A stretch of DNA of 62,733 nt, taken from a virus. Lineage: Duplodnaviria > Caudoviricetes. Under the pieces are notes generated by a model. The model had not been told where the DNA came from, did no database searches, and was given only the letters and a program-made list of their open reading frames with translations. Location: the IMG/VR virus record IMGVR_UViG_3300023115_000020, positions 1 to 62,733 of that record; one strand, given 5' to 3'. The position numbers and the translations under genes are program-made. Positions 35,211-47,900 of this stretch are shown piece after piece; positions within the stretch are counted from its first letter, which is position 1; the number at the start of each line of letters is the position of its first letter.

Positions 35211-38168
35211 TTATATGTTAAATTCATAATTTGCGAACACAATATACTGTTCGTTACTATTTCCTTTTGTACTATCAATTATATATCTATCAACTTCAAA
35301 GTTTATGTCTTTAAAGTCAAATGTACTGTTTTTAATATTTAACAGTATAGAATCTGCGGTGTTAGGTTTACAGTATGCTAATACTACAGCAGGAGTGTAA
35401 CCAAGTGCTTCAATGTTATTTTCCTGCGGAGTTCTCATCCATAACGGTAAGAAATTATTATCTGTTTCGCCTATTTCTGCTATTCTTTTTCTCATATTAG
35501 TTAAGTTGCTAATATATTTTGTTGTTTCAGTAGCTTCGTCAATACTAATAGCATCACTATCAATTTTTAGTGTATTTGTAACTGGTCTAAATCTATTAGA
35601 ATTAGTATCATTCCAACCTGAACTATCATCAAGAGTTTCGTATTGTATACTGTTTATTGATCTCTTGTTATTACTTTTTATTCTAATACTTTCTCTAGTG
35701 TTACCATTTGTTGCTTCTAGTGGATCTATAATATCTACGTATACTACTTCGTAGACAATATTCCTTGTTCCTGGCTCAAAAGCAACAGCCTTTTTTACTG
35801 AACCAAATTTAAATTTTTTCTTTTTATGATTTTTGCCAGTAGCAGCCGCAAATTTTTCTACACCTTCAGTTTCAATACCAGCATATATTAACATTTTAAG
35901 ATCAGTTTGTAAACCAAATTCTGTATCACTTGGTCTATAAATTTTAGCAGGTTCAAATATAATTGGATCACTGATAAAACTACTGTATAAGAATCTTTGG
36001 TACTGTGGTAAAAATGCTTTAACAGTTACGTTACTAAAGATTAAATCATTAGGATCGTTAATAACAATAGTAAATGATCTTGTTATTGCACTAAAGCCAA
36101 ACTGGTCTTCTGCTCTTGCTGTAAATGTGTAAGTTTTGTCAATACTAGTTGTGTTGCCGTCAAACGTTAAATCATTTTTATCAAAAGTAGTTAATCCTGA
36201 AACTGCAAATTCATTATATAATTCCCATTTTGCTGAATCAACAATAAAATCGCTAGAGCTAGTATGTGTAATTATACATTTATATTTTTGAGTTCCTACC
36301 TTAACAATGTCGTTTGGATTGTAAACCCTTGAAGCCTTCCAAAAACTTCTATAATAGTTTTCACCAAACTGTTGAACCTTACCAAATATTTCTCCATCAA
36401 GTGATAGTCCTAGTCCTGGTGGCAGTCTACCGCCTATCTTTGTATATCTAATAGTTGCATCAGTTACACTTGTAGTTGCTGTAATTCTAAATGTACTTGT
36501 TAGATTAGCGTTTATAGTTCCTAAATTCTTATCGCTGTTCCAATAAAGTCTAGAGTCAACTTCGCCTAATAATCTTACAGTAAATGTTTTACTTTTAGCA
36601 GCAGAATTAGTATCCTCTTGCCCAGGTATTGTAACAGTTGTTGTAAACACTTCGTCTACATTGAGTCTTGCATCTAAAGGCTTTGAAAATGTAATTACAT
36701 CATATAAGTAATTTGAATTGCTTACATCGGAAATTTTAAATAGTGTACCTTTTAGATTAAATGTTACACCTTTTAATTTAGTAAGATTTGCATTTTTCTT
36801 AATCTTTAATGTATATGCGCCGCTTGCTTGTTTTACTAAACTTTCGTTTGTACCTGAAGTAGGACCAGTTGCAGTAAAAACTGTGCCTGGATTATTATCA
36901 GCAGCACCTACTAGAGTATAATCTGTTGAACCAAATACAGAAACAATTTCATACCTTTTATTAGGTTTCATCTGTGTGCCAGGAATTCTTAAATGCGGAT
37001 ATGTTGTTTCATATACTTCAAAACTTAAATCTTCTGTATTAGTTGCCGGACCAACATATCTTGTTGCTGTAACTGTAAATTTATATTCTCTTGTTACACT
37101 AGGTTGATAAGGTACTATACCGGCAAGTTCTCCAGTACCTGTATCTAATTTCATTCCTGGAGGAATAACACTTTCACTACCGTCGTCGTTAGTTTCTTCT
37201 AAATTATATGTAATAAATCCAACTGTACTAGAAGCATCAATTGTATCTAAAAATAGTGTTACATAATTATCTGCTCTACGATAACCTAAGTCTGCTGGCG
37301 TTAACCAAATTGGAGTTCTTACAAATGTTGCATCAGCACCAAATAATGTATTGCCTGATTGCATAATAGTATTATCTGCACGTAGGAAATCGTCACCTAC
37401 TACAAAAATTCTAAACAAACGTTTTTCAATTGTATCGCCATCACTTACACTAACACGGAATTGATAATTTCTGTTTAGTTTTTTAGGTGATTTTGTAGCA
37501 ATACTTCTATCATAAAATTCTACATCATAGTAAAAACTATCATAACCGTTAGCACTTCGAGTACCAAAATCAAAAGGAAATGCACCATAAGGGCTATCGT
37601 CGTAGTATCCTTGTGCTGCTAGTTTATCTAATGCTAGAATAGGATCAACAACGCCGACTATTCTACCGTCTCTAGTTAACTCGATACCAGGAGGTAATTC
37701 TCCATCGCCACTAGCAATAAAATATTCTAGTGTTTGTCCTGCTTCAAGATCGTCATCGTTTGCTATTAATTGAAAGTCTATAGGCGCACTGTCTAGTATA
37801 TAATATGTGTCATTATTACCAACAGGTAATGGTCCAGCAGTAGTTTGCCATATAGGAGCATCAGCTCCTACAACAACAACCTTGTATGTTCTATCATCTA
37901 TTTCTCCGTCTTTAGATGCTCTGATAACAAATTTAAATTCTGTTTCTCTAGCAACTTCTAACGGAGTTCCTTGTAAGGTGTTGTCTATGATTCTTAAGCC
38001 AGGTGGAAGTGTACCGCTTATAACTTCTAAAGTTGAGCCAGAAACTGCGCCAAGCTCTATGGGTAAAAACTTGCTATCAAGTGTTTCGCCTGTTTTAGCA
38101 GTTCTTATTGTTTGTCCTTCTGAGACTTCTCTAAGAACGATATTATTTGGTAATGTCCACAGTGCCAT
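35211..38168 (-). CDS. Ig-like-repeat baseplate/tail protein
   Basis: Repeated GxLPPG(L/I/M)xL....G.I.G putative Ig/He_PIG units. Confidence 0.7.
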   Translation of the reverse strand: MALWTLPNNIVLREVSEGQTIRTAKTGETLDSKFLPIELGAVSGSTLEVISGTLPPGLRIIDNTLQGTPLEVARETEFKFVIRASKDGEIDDRTYKVVVVGADAPIWQTTAGPLPVGNNDTYYILDSAPIDFQLIANDDDLEAGQTLEYFIASGDGELPPGIELTRDGRIVGVVDPILALDKLAAQGYYDDSPYGAFPFDFGTRSANGYDSFYYDVEFYDRSIATKSPKKLNRNYQFRVSVSDGDTIEKRLFRIFVVGDDFLRADNTIMQSGNTLFGADATFVRTPIWLTPADLGYRRADNYVTLFLDTIDASSTVGFITYNLEETNDDGSESVIPPGMKLDTGTGELAGIVPYQPSVTREYKFTVTATRYVGPATNTEDLSFEVYETTYPHLRIPGTQMKPNKRYEIVSVFGSTDYTLVGAADNNPGTVFTATGPTSGTNESLVKQASGAYTLKIKKNANLTKLKGVTFNLKGTLFKISDVSNSNYLYDVITFSKPLDARLNVDEVFTTTVTIPGQEDTNSAAKSKTFTVRLLGEVDSRLYWNSDKNLGTINANLTSTFRITATTSVTDATIRYTKIGGRLPPGLGLSLDGEIFGKVQQFGENYYRSFWKASRVYNPNDIVKVGTQKYKCIITHTSSSDFIVDSAKWELYNEFAVSGLTTFDKNDLTFDGNTTSIDKTYTFTARAEDQFGFSAITRSFTIVINDPNDLIFSNVTVKAFLPQYQRFLYSSFISDPIIFEPAKIYRPSDTEFGLQTDLKMLIYAGIETEGVEKFAAATGKNHKKKKFKFGSVKKAVAFEPGTRNIVYEVVYVDIIDPLEATNGNTRESIRIKSNNKRSINSIQYETLDDSSGWNDTNSNRFRPVTNTLKIDSDAISIDEATETTKYISNLTNMRKRIAEIGETDNNFLPLWMRTPQENNIEALGYTPAVVLAYCKPNTADSILLNIKNSTFDFKDINFEVDRYIIDSTKGNSNEQYIVFANYEFNI

Positions 38169-38206
38169 ATAGAAAAAATCCTTTATATAGCATATTTATC
38201 GAAAAA

Positions 38207-38932
38207 TTAGATGTTAATACTACCAAGATCAAGACTTACATTTAAGTTATTGCCAGCAATAGAACCAAAGTCTACATTAACTGTAGCAAATAAAAAATCC
38301 CAAAGGTTGTTTACTGGATTAGGTGTAATACTTCCAAAATTCCAACTGTTATTGCTATTTCGGAAATAGTTTAAGTCTCTTACATCAATACCGTGTACTA
38401 ATCCTGTTAGGTTACCGTTGAAGTTTGCTGTAACAGTTGTAGCATTAATTAATCCAACGTTGCCTAGGTTATGTCCGTCAGCATTTAATCCTGCTGCTAG
38501 TTTTGGTGTTGGATCATCTTCTAGTCTTCCTAATGCACTAGAATCAATTCTAATATTGCTACCATCTCTAGTAGTAGATATTAAGTTGCCACCTTGAATA
38601 GTAAATGTAGTATTTTCTACTACTGTAAGACTACCACTGTCAGCAGCAACTACAAATTGTGTAACACCAGCATCAACGTTAACTGTCAGTTCGTTTGCAG
38701 TTGAGCTAAGTGATACATTGCTTCCTGCTACTAGTGACTTAAATTGAAGTTCGGCATCGTTTTTGCTTGAGAATAAACCTTCGCCGCCGCCTAGATTTAC
38801 AACAGTTGTTGCTTCAGGTGTTCTTGCATCTAGTTCTGAAAAGTTAAAAACAACCTTTTCAAAAGCCTCTCTTAAATCATCACCAGAACCATCATTTGCT
38901 ACTGATCCAAGGTTTATTACTTTTAATGCCAT
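38207..38932 (-). CDS. baseplate/tail fibre-associated protein
   Basis: INLGSVANDGSGDDLREAFEK N-terminus like T4 gp9/gp10. Confidence 0.7.
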   Translation of the reverse strand: MALKVINLGSVANDGSGDDLREAFEKVVFNFSELDARTPEATTVVNLGGGEGLFSSKNDAELQFKSLVAGSNVSLSSTANELTVNVDAGVTQFVVAADSGSLTVVENTTFTIQGGNLISTTRDGSNIRIDSSALGRLEDDPTPKLAAGLNADGHNLGNVGLINATTVTANFNGNLTGLVHGIDVRDLNYFRNSNNSWNFGSITPNPVNNLWDFLFATVNVDFGSIAGNNLNVSLDLGSINI

Positions 38933-38952
38933 GCTATCTATCTCCTATACTG

Positions 38953-38960
38953 TATTTATA
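38953..38960 (-). promoter_or_regulatory. T4-type late promoter TATAAATA
   Basis: Exact TATAAATA overlapping the stop of the giant gene, upstream of the AGGAG RBS of 38207..38932. Confidence 0.7.
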
Positions 38961-41900
38961 GTCTACCAACAACAACTTCAACAACGCCTCTGTCTTCGCT
39001 GTCTTTTGTGCCAACTGCTTTACCAATAACAGTACCTAGTTTAGGATCGTTATCAACAATAGCATATCCTGGTATAGCACTTGTTACAAGCATATCACCT
39101 TTTTGTACTTTACCAATAACCTTACAAGGAACACGACCTGTTAGTGCTAGTTCTACAGCAGTGTCTCCTTCTAAGCCTTTATTCATTAAGAATCCTGGGT
39201 TAGTTGAAACAACGCCTGCAACTCTACGGTCACCTTTAACAGTACATGCTGTAACTTCTTCATCTCCACCAAATACTAGTACAGTTCCTGGTTCGTATGC
39301 TTCATCAGCAACATATTTCTCTGCCAAGTCAGCGTAGTTAGCAGTAGATGCATTACCACTTAGATACGGAACAGATAATGTTGTAGTACCTGGATTGTAA
39401 GTATAGCTTGCACTGTTAGCAAATACCTCATTAGAAGTACCAGTACCATCTGAGAATAGTGGGAAGAAAGTACCTGAGGTTGTTGTATCTGTGACAGCTA
39501 AATTCGAAGCTGTCTCTGCTGTAACATCTGCACTGTTAATAGAAATTTCACCATTAGATATACTAATACCAGTACCGCTACTAAATGCTGCTCTAGCTCT
39601 TGCAGTTGTGTGATATAGGTTGCTAGAACCTTCACTTAAATCATCAGTGTCATGGTTACCAATACTTGAAACTCGACCATACAAGTATCCTGTTGTTCCA
39701 CCTGTTCCGTCTAGATCAAGGATCGTTGTTGTTCCAGATACTATGTCACCTTGTAGATTTCCTGTAAACTTAGTTGTCGAAATCCCACCGTCTGCTATGC
39801 TAGTACCTGTGCCTACTTTTAATATATTGCTAGTTGGATTGTATGTTAATGCTGCATCAGTAAATAATTTTTCATTTCCGTCTGCACCACTTCTATCACC
39901 GTAGGCATTGTTAACAGTAGTAAACGTAACAAAAATGTCACTATCTAATAGTCCGTCAGTTTGACCAGCAGTGTTCATTTGCGAAGTTCTTAGTGTATTT
40001 GCTATTACAGCTTCGTCAACGCCACCTGTTAATGGACCATTAAATTTACCGTAGAAAACTGTGGCATTTGCATCACTACCTGCCTGTACTGTACCAACAT
40101 CAACAATAATATTACCACTTGAATCTTTAATATCACCTTGATGTGTACCGTAGTTAGTTGTAATGTATGCCTTATCCCAATAGTTGCTGCTTGCACCTAT
40201 GTTTAGTGTACCATTAGGTTCAAAGTTACTATACGATGTTATTGTATTTGAAATAGTCAACCTATTTTGAACAGCACCATTATTGTGTGCTGTTTGAATA
40301 ACTAGTTCACTTCTTTCACCACCATTTGTTGCATTAGTAGTATTACTAACTATATTTGTAAGTATTTGATCAGTTTCTTCAGCTGCGTTAACACCTCTAA
40401 ACTGTATTACTCCCATATTGTCTGTGTCTAGACTATCAACATCTGTATCAAACCTTTGAAGAATGAGCGATGGAGCACTGGCATCAGTACGAGCTTTTAT
40501 TGTTAAACTATCGTTTGAAATAACCGAATTAATTTTTAAGGTATCAAAACTTACATTGTCGCCCAAATCAATGTTGCCATTTACAAACAAATCGCCTTGT
40601 ACAGTAACATCATGATTAAATGTAGCAGTACCTGCGTCTGACATATTGAACGATAGTGCAGTAAATTCAGTGCCATCGTCATTGCCACGTATACGTAATA
40701 CTTTATCTTGTTCAGTGTGATAAATGTCAGCACCGCTGGTAGTATTAGTAAACTTCAAGAAGTCTGTGCCATCGTCTTTAAATGTAATATCAGCATCGTT
40801 AGCATCAAGGATAATATCACCCTCCGCATCAAGTGTAATATCACCGCTTGCAGATAAACTAACTGTACCACTTGCTGCGGTAGTATGAGTTGCACTAATA
40901 CTTACAGCACCTTTTTCAGCAGTTAACCCTATACCACCACTTGCTTCGGCAGTAAAGTTTTTCTCAGTACCGCCAACATCAATAGTAAATGCACCTTGTG
41001 TTGTAAGCTCTTGAGCATCTTCTGTAAGTGCAAAGCCCATTCTTTCATCAGTACCGTCGTTGAACTTAATGTTCTCACCGGCAGCATCTAGTATAATGTT
41101 ACCACTTGTAGTAGTTTCAATTTCAAAGTCGCCACCTGCTCTACTAATCTTATTGTCATCTAACACACTGTTATCTACAGTTAGTTTAGTAGTAGTTAAG
41201 TTAGTACCATTAACAGTTAATGTACCTGCAATAGTTGTATTACCATTATTACCTGCAACAGTAAACACTGCTGTACCACCGTCTGGTACTGATCCGCCGG
41301 ATGAAACGTTAAATGTATTAGTGATCGATGTAGAACCATTTGCAATGTGCATACGATTTACACCATTAGTTCCCAGTTTAATATTATTCTGTTCAACTTT
41401 AAGTGCAGATCCGTATCCATTAACTACAAGTGCAATTTCTTTTGCGTCAGTTGCCCAACCACCTGCACCTATAGAAACACCTGTACCAAGTGATGTAAGT
41501 TCACCTGGTGCTTGAATAAAGTTTGAATATATCCATGGTGATACCAAGTAAGGTTGGCTATTAGCAATCTGCGGACCTTCAGTGTTTTGCTGGAAGTTAC
41601 TTGCATATCCACCGTAGTTAACATCATCTTTAAGTACAGTTGTTGAACCTATTTGTACCGATGCACTCGGAATTGCCACTGTGCTCTTATCTGTTGCATT
41701 GCTAGGAGCAGTACCTGACAGTTCCATAATTAAATGATCGTTTGGTGTGTATAGTGTTAGTTTAGAATTAACAACATCCAATGCTCTTGTGCTGTCAATT
41801 ATTAAACCTTTAATATTGATCCAGCCACCTAAGTTTAACTGGTTGTTAATATTACCAACAACATCTCCAGTTGCTAATGTCCTTACAAGAGAATCATTAG

Positions 41901-44900
41901 CACCAGTTTTAGTAATATCTGTTGTTCCGTAAACTTTATCTCTAACTTTAACCAGTGCCTTACCAATTAAGTTTTGCGAAGTTATAATTGATGTTGGAAC
42001 ACTTGCTGGACCTAATGATGAACCATTCTTTATTTGCAACATTCCAATTGTATTAAATGCTGTTCCACTTACGTTTACAAGAACAATTTGGTTTTCGCTG
42101 TTTACATCACCTTGTAGTGTACCTTCTGCGGCAGTGTTACCTACCTGTGTAATAATTGGTGATGTACTTGCATCTATTGTTACTTCGCCTGTTAGTGTAA
42201 GAACAGTTCCACTTAGTTTTACAAGATTGCTGTCATTAAAGTCGTTATCTTGAATACCACCACCTTCGTCAACAATCATGCTAAACGGAATAGCTCTAGT
42301 AATACCAATTTCGCCTGCACCTTCTTGATTGCCATCAAAGTCAATATCTGCACGACCAATTACAGTACGTTCTGGAATTTCTTGTAACTTGTCAAAAGTA
42401 ATACCTCTGTCTTTAACATTAATATAACCTGTATTAAGAATTCCGGTAATATATGTAGTACTCTGAGATTGTGTATCTTTAGTATAATCTGCATTAACAG
42501 CAATTCTAGTTAAGTAATTTGCAGAACTGCTTCCTATACTAAACGAACTTGCTGTTCTTACTTTGATTTGATCAGTTACACCGTCGCCTGAATTTGTATT
42601 ATTTGCAATCACATATGCAACTCTTGCACCATTTGATTGTGTGATAATATCACCGGCTTGTAAAGAACTCATAAATGTTGTATGATTTGATCCTGCTAAA
42701 GTCCAAATTTGGTCCTCTGCAAATGTACTTCCATCAAAAGCAACAACACCTTGACTTGCTTGACGTGTGCGTTGACCTGTAGTTCTAACATATTCTGGAA
42801 CACTATTGTTGCCTAGTAAAGCACCGCCTTGTATCTGTAGTTGTTGGCCGCCTTCACTTTCTGGTAAGAATGTACCTGTAACATCTTCAAGAACTAGAAT
42901 GTTATATCCTTGAATAGTATTTGCTAGTGCTGCAAGTCCTACTACTGCTGTACCTACTGCGTTTGTATTTCCTTGTTGGGTAATAATTGTTCCTGCTGTT
43001 ACTGGAACATTATCTTGCAGTTGTAAAGTAACAGTTGTTTTTTCAAAGTAATTAGAGTTAGTTAACACTGGAGCAGTGTTTAGTTTTAGTTTATTTTGAC
43101 TAATATCTGCGTATGTATTAACATCACTGTTAACGACTGCTTCGTCCTGTAGCTGTAGATTTATTTTAGTTTCACCTGGGAAAATAATATCCACATCATT
43201 TTGTGCTTGTGTTGCTCTCTTGCGTTCAACACTAATATTAATATCACTTCTTGATGCAGTTCCTGGGTCACCGTCTTCAGTTTTATTTGCTTCGCTGGCA
43301 TTTGCAAACTCAAGTGTTGTAGTAACAGGTGCGCCGTCAAAACCACCTGTAGTATTACTCCAGTCACCGCCCGAGTTTTCAATCTTTTCGTTACTGAAAT
43401 CACTTACTGATAAGTCGTTAGCTGATAGCGGACTAACTGTTGAAGTTGTTAAATTACCAAACAGATCTTCAACAATCAATGCTTCACCAACAACAAACTG
43501 TTTATTTGGATTTCTGTTAATTACTTGTATTTCATTATCTTGTGTTTTTTGTCTATTGTCATTGGTTGTACTTGAACCTTGTGGCCAAATAACTTCACCG
43601 TATGCACCGCTAGCCTGTCTAAGGATGTATCCTCTTTGTGTAGGAAGATTATTATTTGCACCATTTGTTGTAATTGTTGTAATCTTTAAAGGACTATAAA
43701 CTAGTACAAAAACTTGTTCATCGTTATCAAGAACTTTTGCTTCTAAATCTTCTATATAGGCTGCTGTAGCAGATGTTACACCAGTAATTAGTTGTCCTAT
43801 TCTCCAATCATCTGGGTTACCTGTATTTTGTTTAACATAAACTCTTCTATTACCAGTTAGAACAACAATATCATTTTTACCGTATTCTGATGCAAAGTCT
43901 ATTTGATTAAGTTCAATATCTCTAAGTTCTTGAACCTCGTCATTTGCAAAAACACGTTTGTCAACGTATTGCTTATTGGTAGCGTCTAGATCATCTGAAG
44001 GATCGCCTAACTGTATTAGTCTACCACCCTGCATGTTCATTGTATGTACAGGAAGTCCTGCAACAATATCTGGAGTAAGTATTGGATTAAGTTGTGGTAA
44101 GAAACCGTCGCCTAGTTTTGCTAGTTTGACATTCATGTTTCTATCATAACCTAAACGTCTATCAATATATTGTTCTACAGCATAAGATGTTGGAACAGTA
44201 CTATTATCAATTGGTGACATACCGTTATCACCTGTAAACTTACTAATTGTTTCACCATCTCTAAATCCAAGTCCGTCTAGACCAGAAATATTAATCTGCG
44301 CTGCAAATTTAACTGTACCTGTACCTTGGTCAACTTCAAAGAACTTACCAACTCTAAAGAAGCCGTCTTCGTCTGTTGACATAACAAACACACGACCCTT
44401 ACCTTTTTCCCAGACTTGAGATTTTTCAGCTGTGTCTGCGTTAGTGTATGCTTCTGCTTTTGCTTCTGTTGCTTCACCAAATAGTATATTTGGATAGTTA
44501 GAAGTATTAAATCCGCCTGTACCAATGTTACTAAAGTCGTGTCCTGTAGCACGAGTTAATGAAATATTAACTGTAATACTTGAAGGTTCTCCGTCCTGTA
44601 CACCTATACTTAGAACAAGTTGTTGATTTTGTCCGCCTAGTCTTAAAGGTCTAGCAATACCACTTGTTGGTGGTGTAGGACTACTTTGAGAATTTTTGTC
44701 GCTAAGTGGAGTTGACTCTAATTCATAATATGGGAATCCTGTTAGTAGTGAACTTCCTGCTGGAACACCTTGGTAGTTTCCTTCACCATCGTGATATGCT
44801 TTAACAACATGAACTCTGTCTTTCCAACCAAAGATCATGTCTGCATTATTAAGTCTGCTTAGTGTGTCACTATCTGTAACAGGAGCAGTTATTGCAACTA

Positions 44901-47900
44901 AAGTATCACCTGCTGTACTACCAAATGTAGTACTTGAACTAATCCCAACAACTTCGCTAGGCGTTGCTGCTGATGCGCTGCCAGCTATGGTGATTACACC
45001 AGATGTAGTAAATGCTGTTCCGTTCCAGTCTTTAAGCCATAGTGTAGTTGTATTAGTTAGTGATTCTATAGCAACAGCACTTGCACTTCCTTGAGTAATA
45101 ACATCGCCTTTAGTAACAGAAACTTGGGCATCTAGTACAAGTTTAACTTGTGTTTCAAATTTTGAGTAATCAACTGTTGATAAAATATACTTATAGTTGT
45201 CATCAAATGTTACAAGATTCCAACCTGAAGGTAAATCGTTATCATTAATTCCACCCCAGTCTGTAATATTTTGTTTGCTAAAGTCTAACGATCTATATAC
45301 TTTTGATGATTCGTCGAGTACAACAGCAGTTGAAGGTCGGATGCTTGTATTTGGATCAATATTATCAAATATTAATTTAGCACGTTGTCTAATAACAACA
45401 GTTTCGCCACCGTATAACGGATATATTAATCCACCAGTTGTTGTACTTCCGCTTACATCGCTTGTTTGATTTGAGAAAGATATTTTCCAAACAGCACCGT
45501 TGCCGCCTTCTAACGGTAATCCGCTAGTGTCTCCACTCGAGTTTGTAGCTGTGACATTAACGCCGTCTGTATACACAGTAGTATCTTGTCCAGTATATAC
45601 ATTTGTAATTTTAATTCTGTCAGAATTGTTAAAGAAATTAGTAGTACCATCTGGTTGTGATATGTATACTTGAGTACCACCAACAACATCGCCGTTACTG
45701 TCTTTTGTTTTTTGTGGTACTACAATAGTACCAACAGCACCTGTATTTTCTTGTGTTATAGTGTCACCATAATCTGCAATAACATAATCATCTAGTGTAA
45801 GAATAATTTGGTTAACTGCTGGAATACCTTCCTCAATAAATGCTGAAACAACATTAACAACTTCAAACTTTCTTAAATCAGTACCTTCTTCGTCTGCAGG
45901 GTAAATATCACCATTAGTGCTTAATGTTCCAGATAAACTTGCAGCAGAAGATAAAGCCTCATCACTGTAAAGAGTAAAGTTATTAACATCAACAACACTA
46001 ATATACCAATCACTGTTTAACCCAGTAACACCTACACTATCTGAAATAGTAACTTTCTGTCCAGTTTCCCAGCCGTGTCCTATTAAGTTAATACTATTAG
46101 GAGCAGTAAATCCGTCTATTTCTTGTTTTTCGGTAAAGATAATATCTATCTCACCTTCTGGAATAGGAGTAAAGTCTGTGTCATACACAAACACATAATT
46201 TTGATTTGCATCAGCTGATGCTTGAATGGTTGGGTTCACATAAACTTTAGCAGTCTGTACAGTGTTATATGCTAGTTGTCCTGATTGTGGAACTTCGTTA
46301 GGGTCACTACCTGCTGCAACAAGACCAAAGTTACCATATGCGTTAGAACCGCCTACTGATCTAATTTCAGAACCATTATTTGCGTAATAAGCAGCATGAC
46401 AGTAGTATGTAAACATACCGACCATCTCTGACAAACCAGTGTTAGTTACAAGTAAGCCGTAACCTAGGTCGTTAATTTGTGTAAAGTCGTTTCCTAACTG
46501 TGATCTGTTACCAGCTGTTTGTAGTACAGTTGGATAGTTTTCTATCTGACCATATGTATATTGTTTGTCACCATTACTATCGTAGTAAGAACCTAATACC
46601 GGACCTTGCCATCCTGTCACAAGTCCATTACTGTCTGTAACACCAGAGTTGGCATCTAGGATAAGTTCACAAGTACCTGCATCAATGTCGTGGTTAACTA
46701 TTGAGTTAACTTGATAACGTATGCCATTTACATAGAACGGAGCAGGAAGCTCAGGTCTTCTAACAAATAAACCGTGTCCTACGCCTACACCATTGACTGT
46801 AACTTGTGATCGTTTACTTCTTGCAAACAATCTAAATGCATTACCATTCTTTTGACCAACAATTTCAATTGGCATGTTACCGTTAAATCCGTCAACAAAC
46901 ATACCACCTCTAAATGCTTGTTTGTTAGCAGATTGTGCAAATGAAGAACCTGTCTGAATATATGGAGATTTAGTTAGAATCTGTCCAGCAGGGTCAAGCA
47001 CAGTCATAAATCCACCGTGTCCTTGAACAGTACAGTTACGTATAATAGTAGCATCGTTCATTAAGAACACATCCATGTCTTTGTTGTTTAATGCAGGATT
47101 ATATTCTGCATTGAATGCATATACAATGGTAGAAATTAAATCATTAACAACACCGGCTGCACCAGCTTCTGCTGTTGGTAAATTAGTTTTCCAAGTTGTT
47201 ATAACTGTACCTGTTGGTTCTTGTATACCTGCTATGCTTAACAAGTCTGCACAAACAGTAGCAATTCTATTAATTGCTTGAGATGTAATTTCTTCTTGTC
47301 CTACTTCAACGGCGTTTTCGTAGTACTTTCCTTGCACTTCCATTGATTGGTCATTTCGACCTTTTACTAAGTCGTATGCAAGTGCATCTACAATGTATCC
47401 AATATCTCTTTTACATTTTGTAGTAAATGTAAACTTACCTACACTAACACTATCTGGAACACCAGCAGCACCATGTGCTCCTGATACACTACCAGAAATT
47501 GTATCAGCAGTATTAAATGCTCTAGTAGGTGATACAAGAATAACTGTAGTTTGTCCGGCAGCAGTAACAGGATCTTCTTTAACAATACCAGAAGCACCAT
47601 CACCGCCTAATTGAGTCATTGTTTCACCTTTAACTGCGGCAACAGTTCCTGTGAATACTATAGTAGTTTGTGCCCAAGTACCAAATCCTGCTGTCTGAGC
47701 AGCAGTTGCTTGGATATCCATCCAGTCATAAATTTCTTCTTGTATGTTTGCTTTGTTTTGTGTTAAAATTTCAGCAGCATTTTCTCTGCCGCCTCTATTA
47801 GTAACAGACACTAAAGAATTATTGTTTACAGGCTTTGTAGGATCTTTAGCATAATGCCATCCCATATCAAAATCACGAGTGTTAACAGTGTTAACAGAAT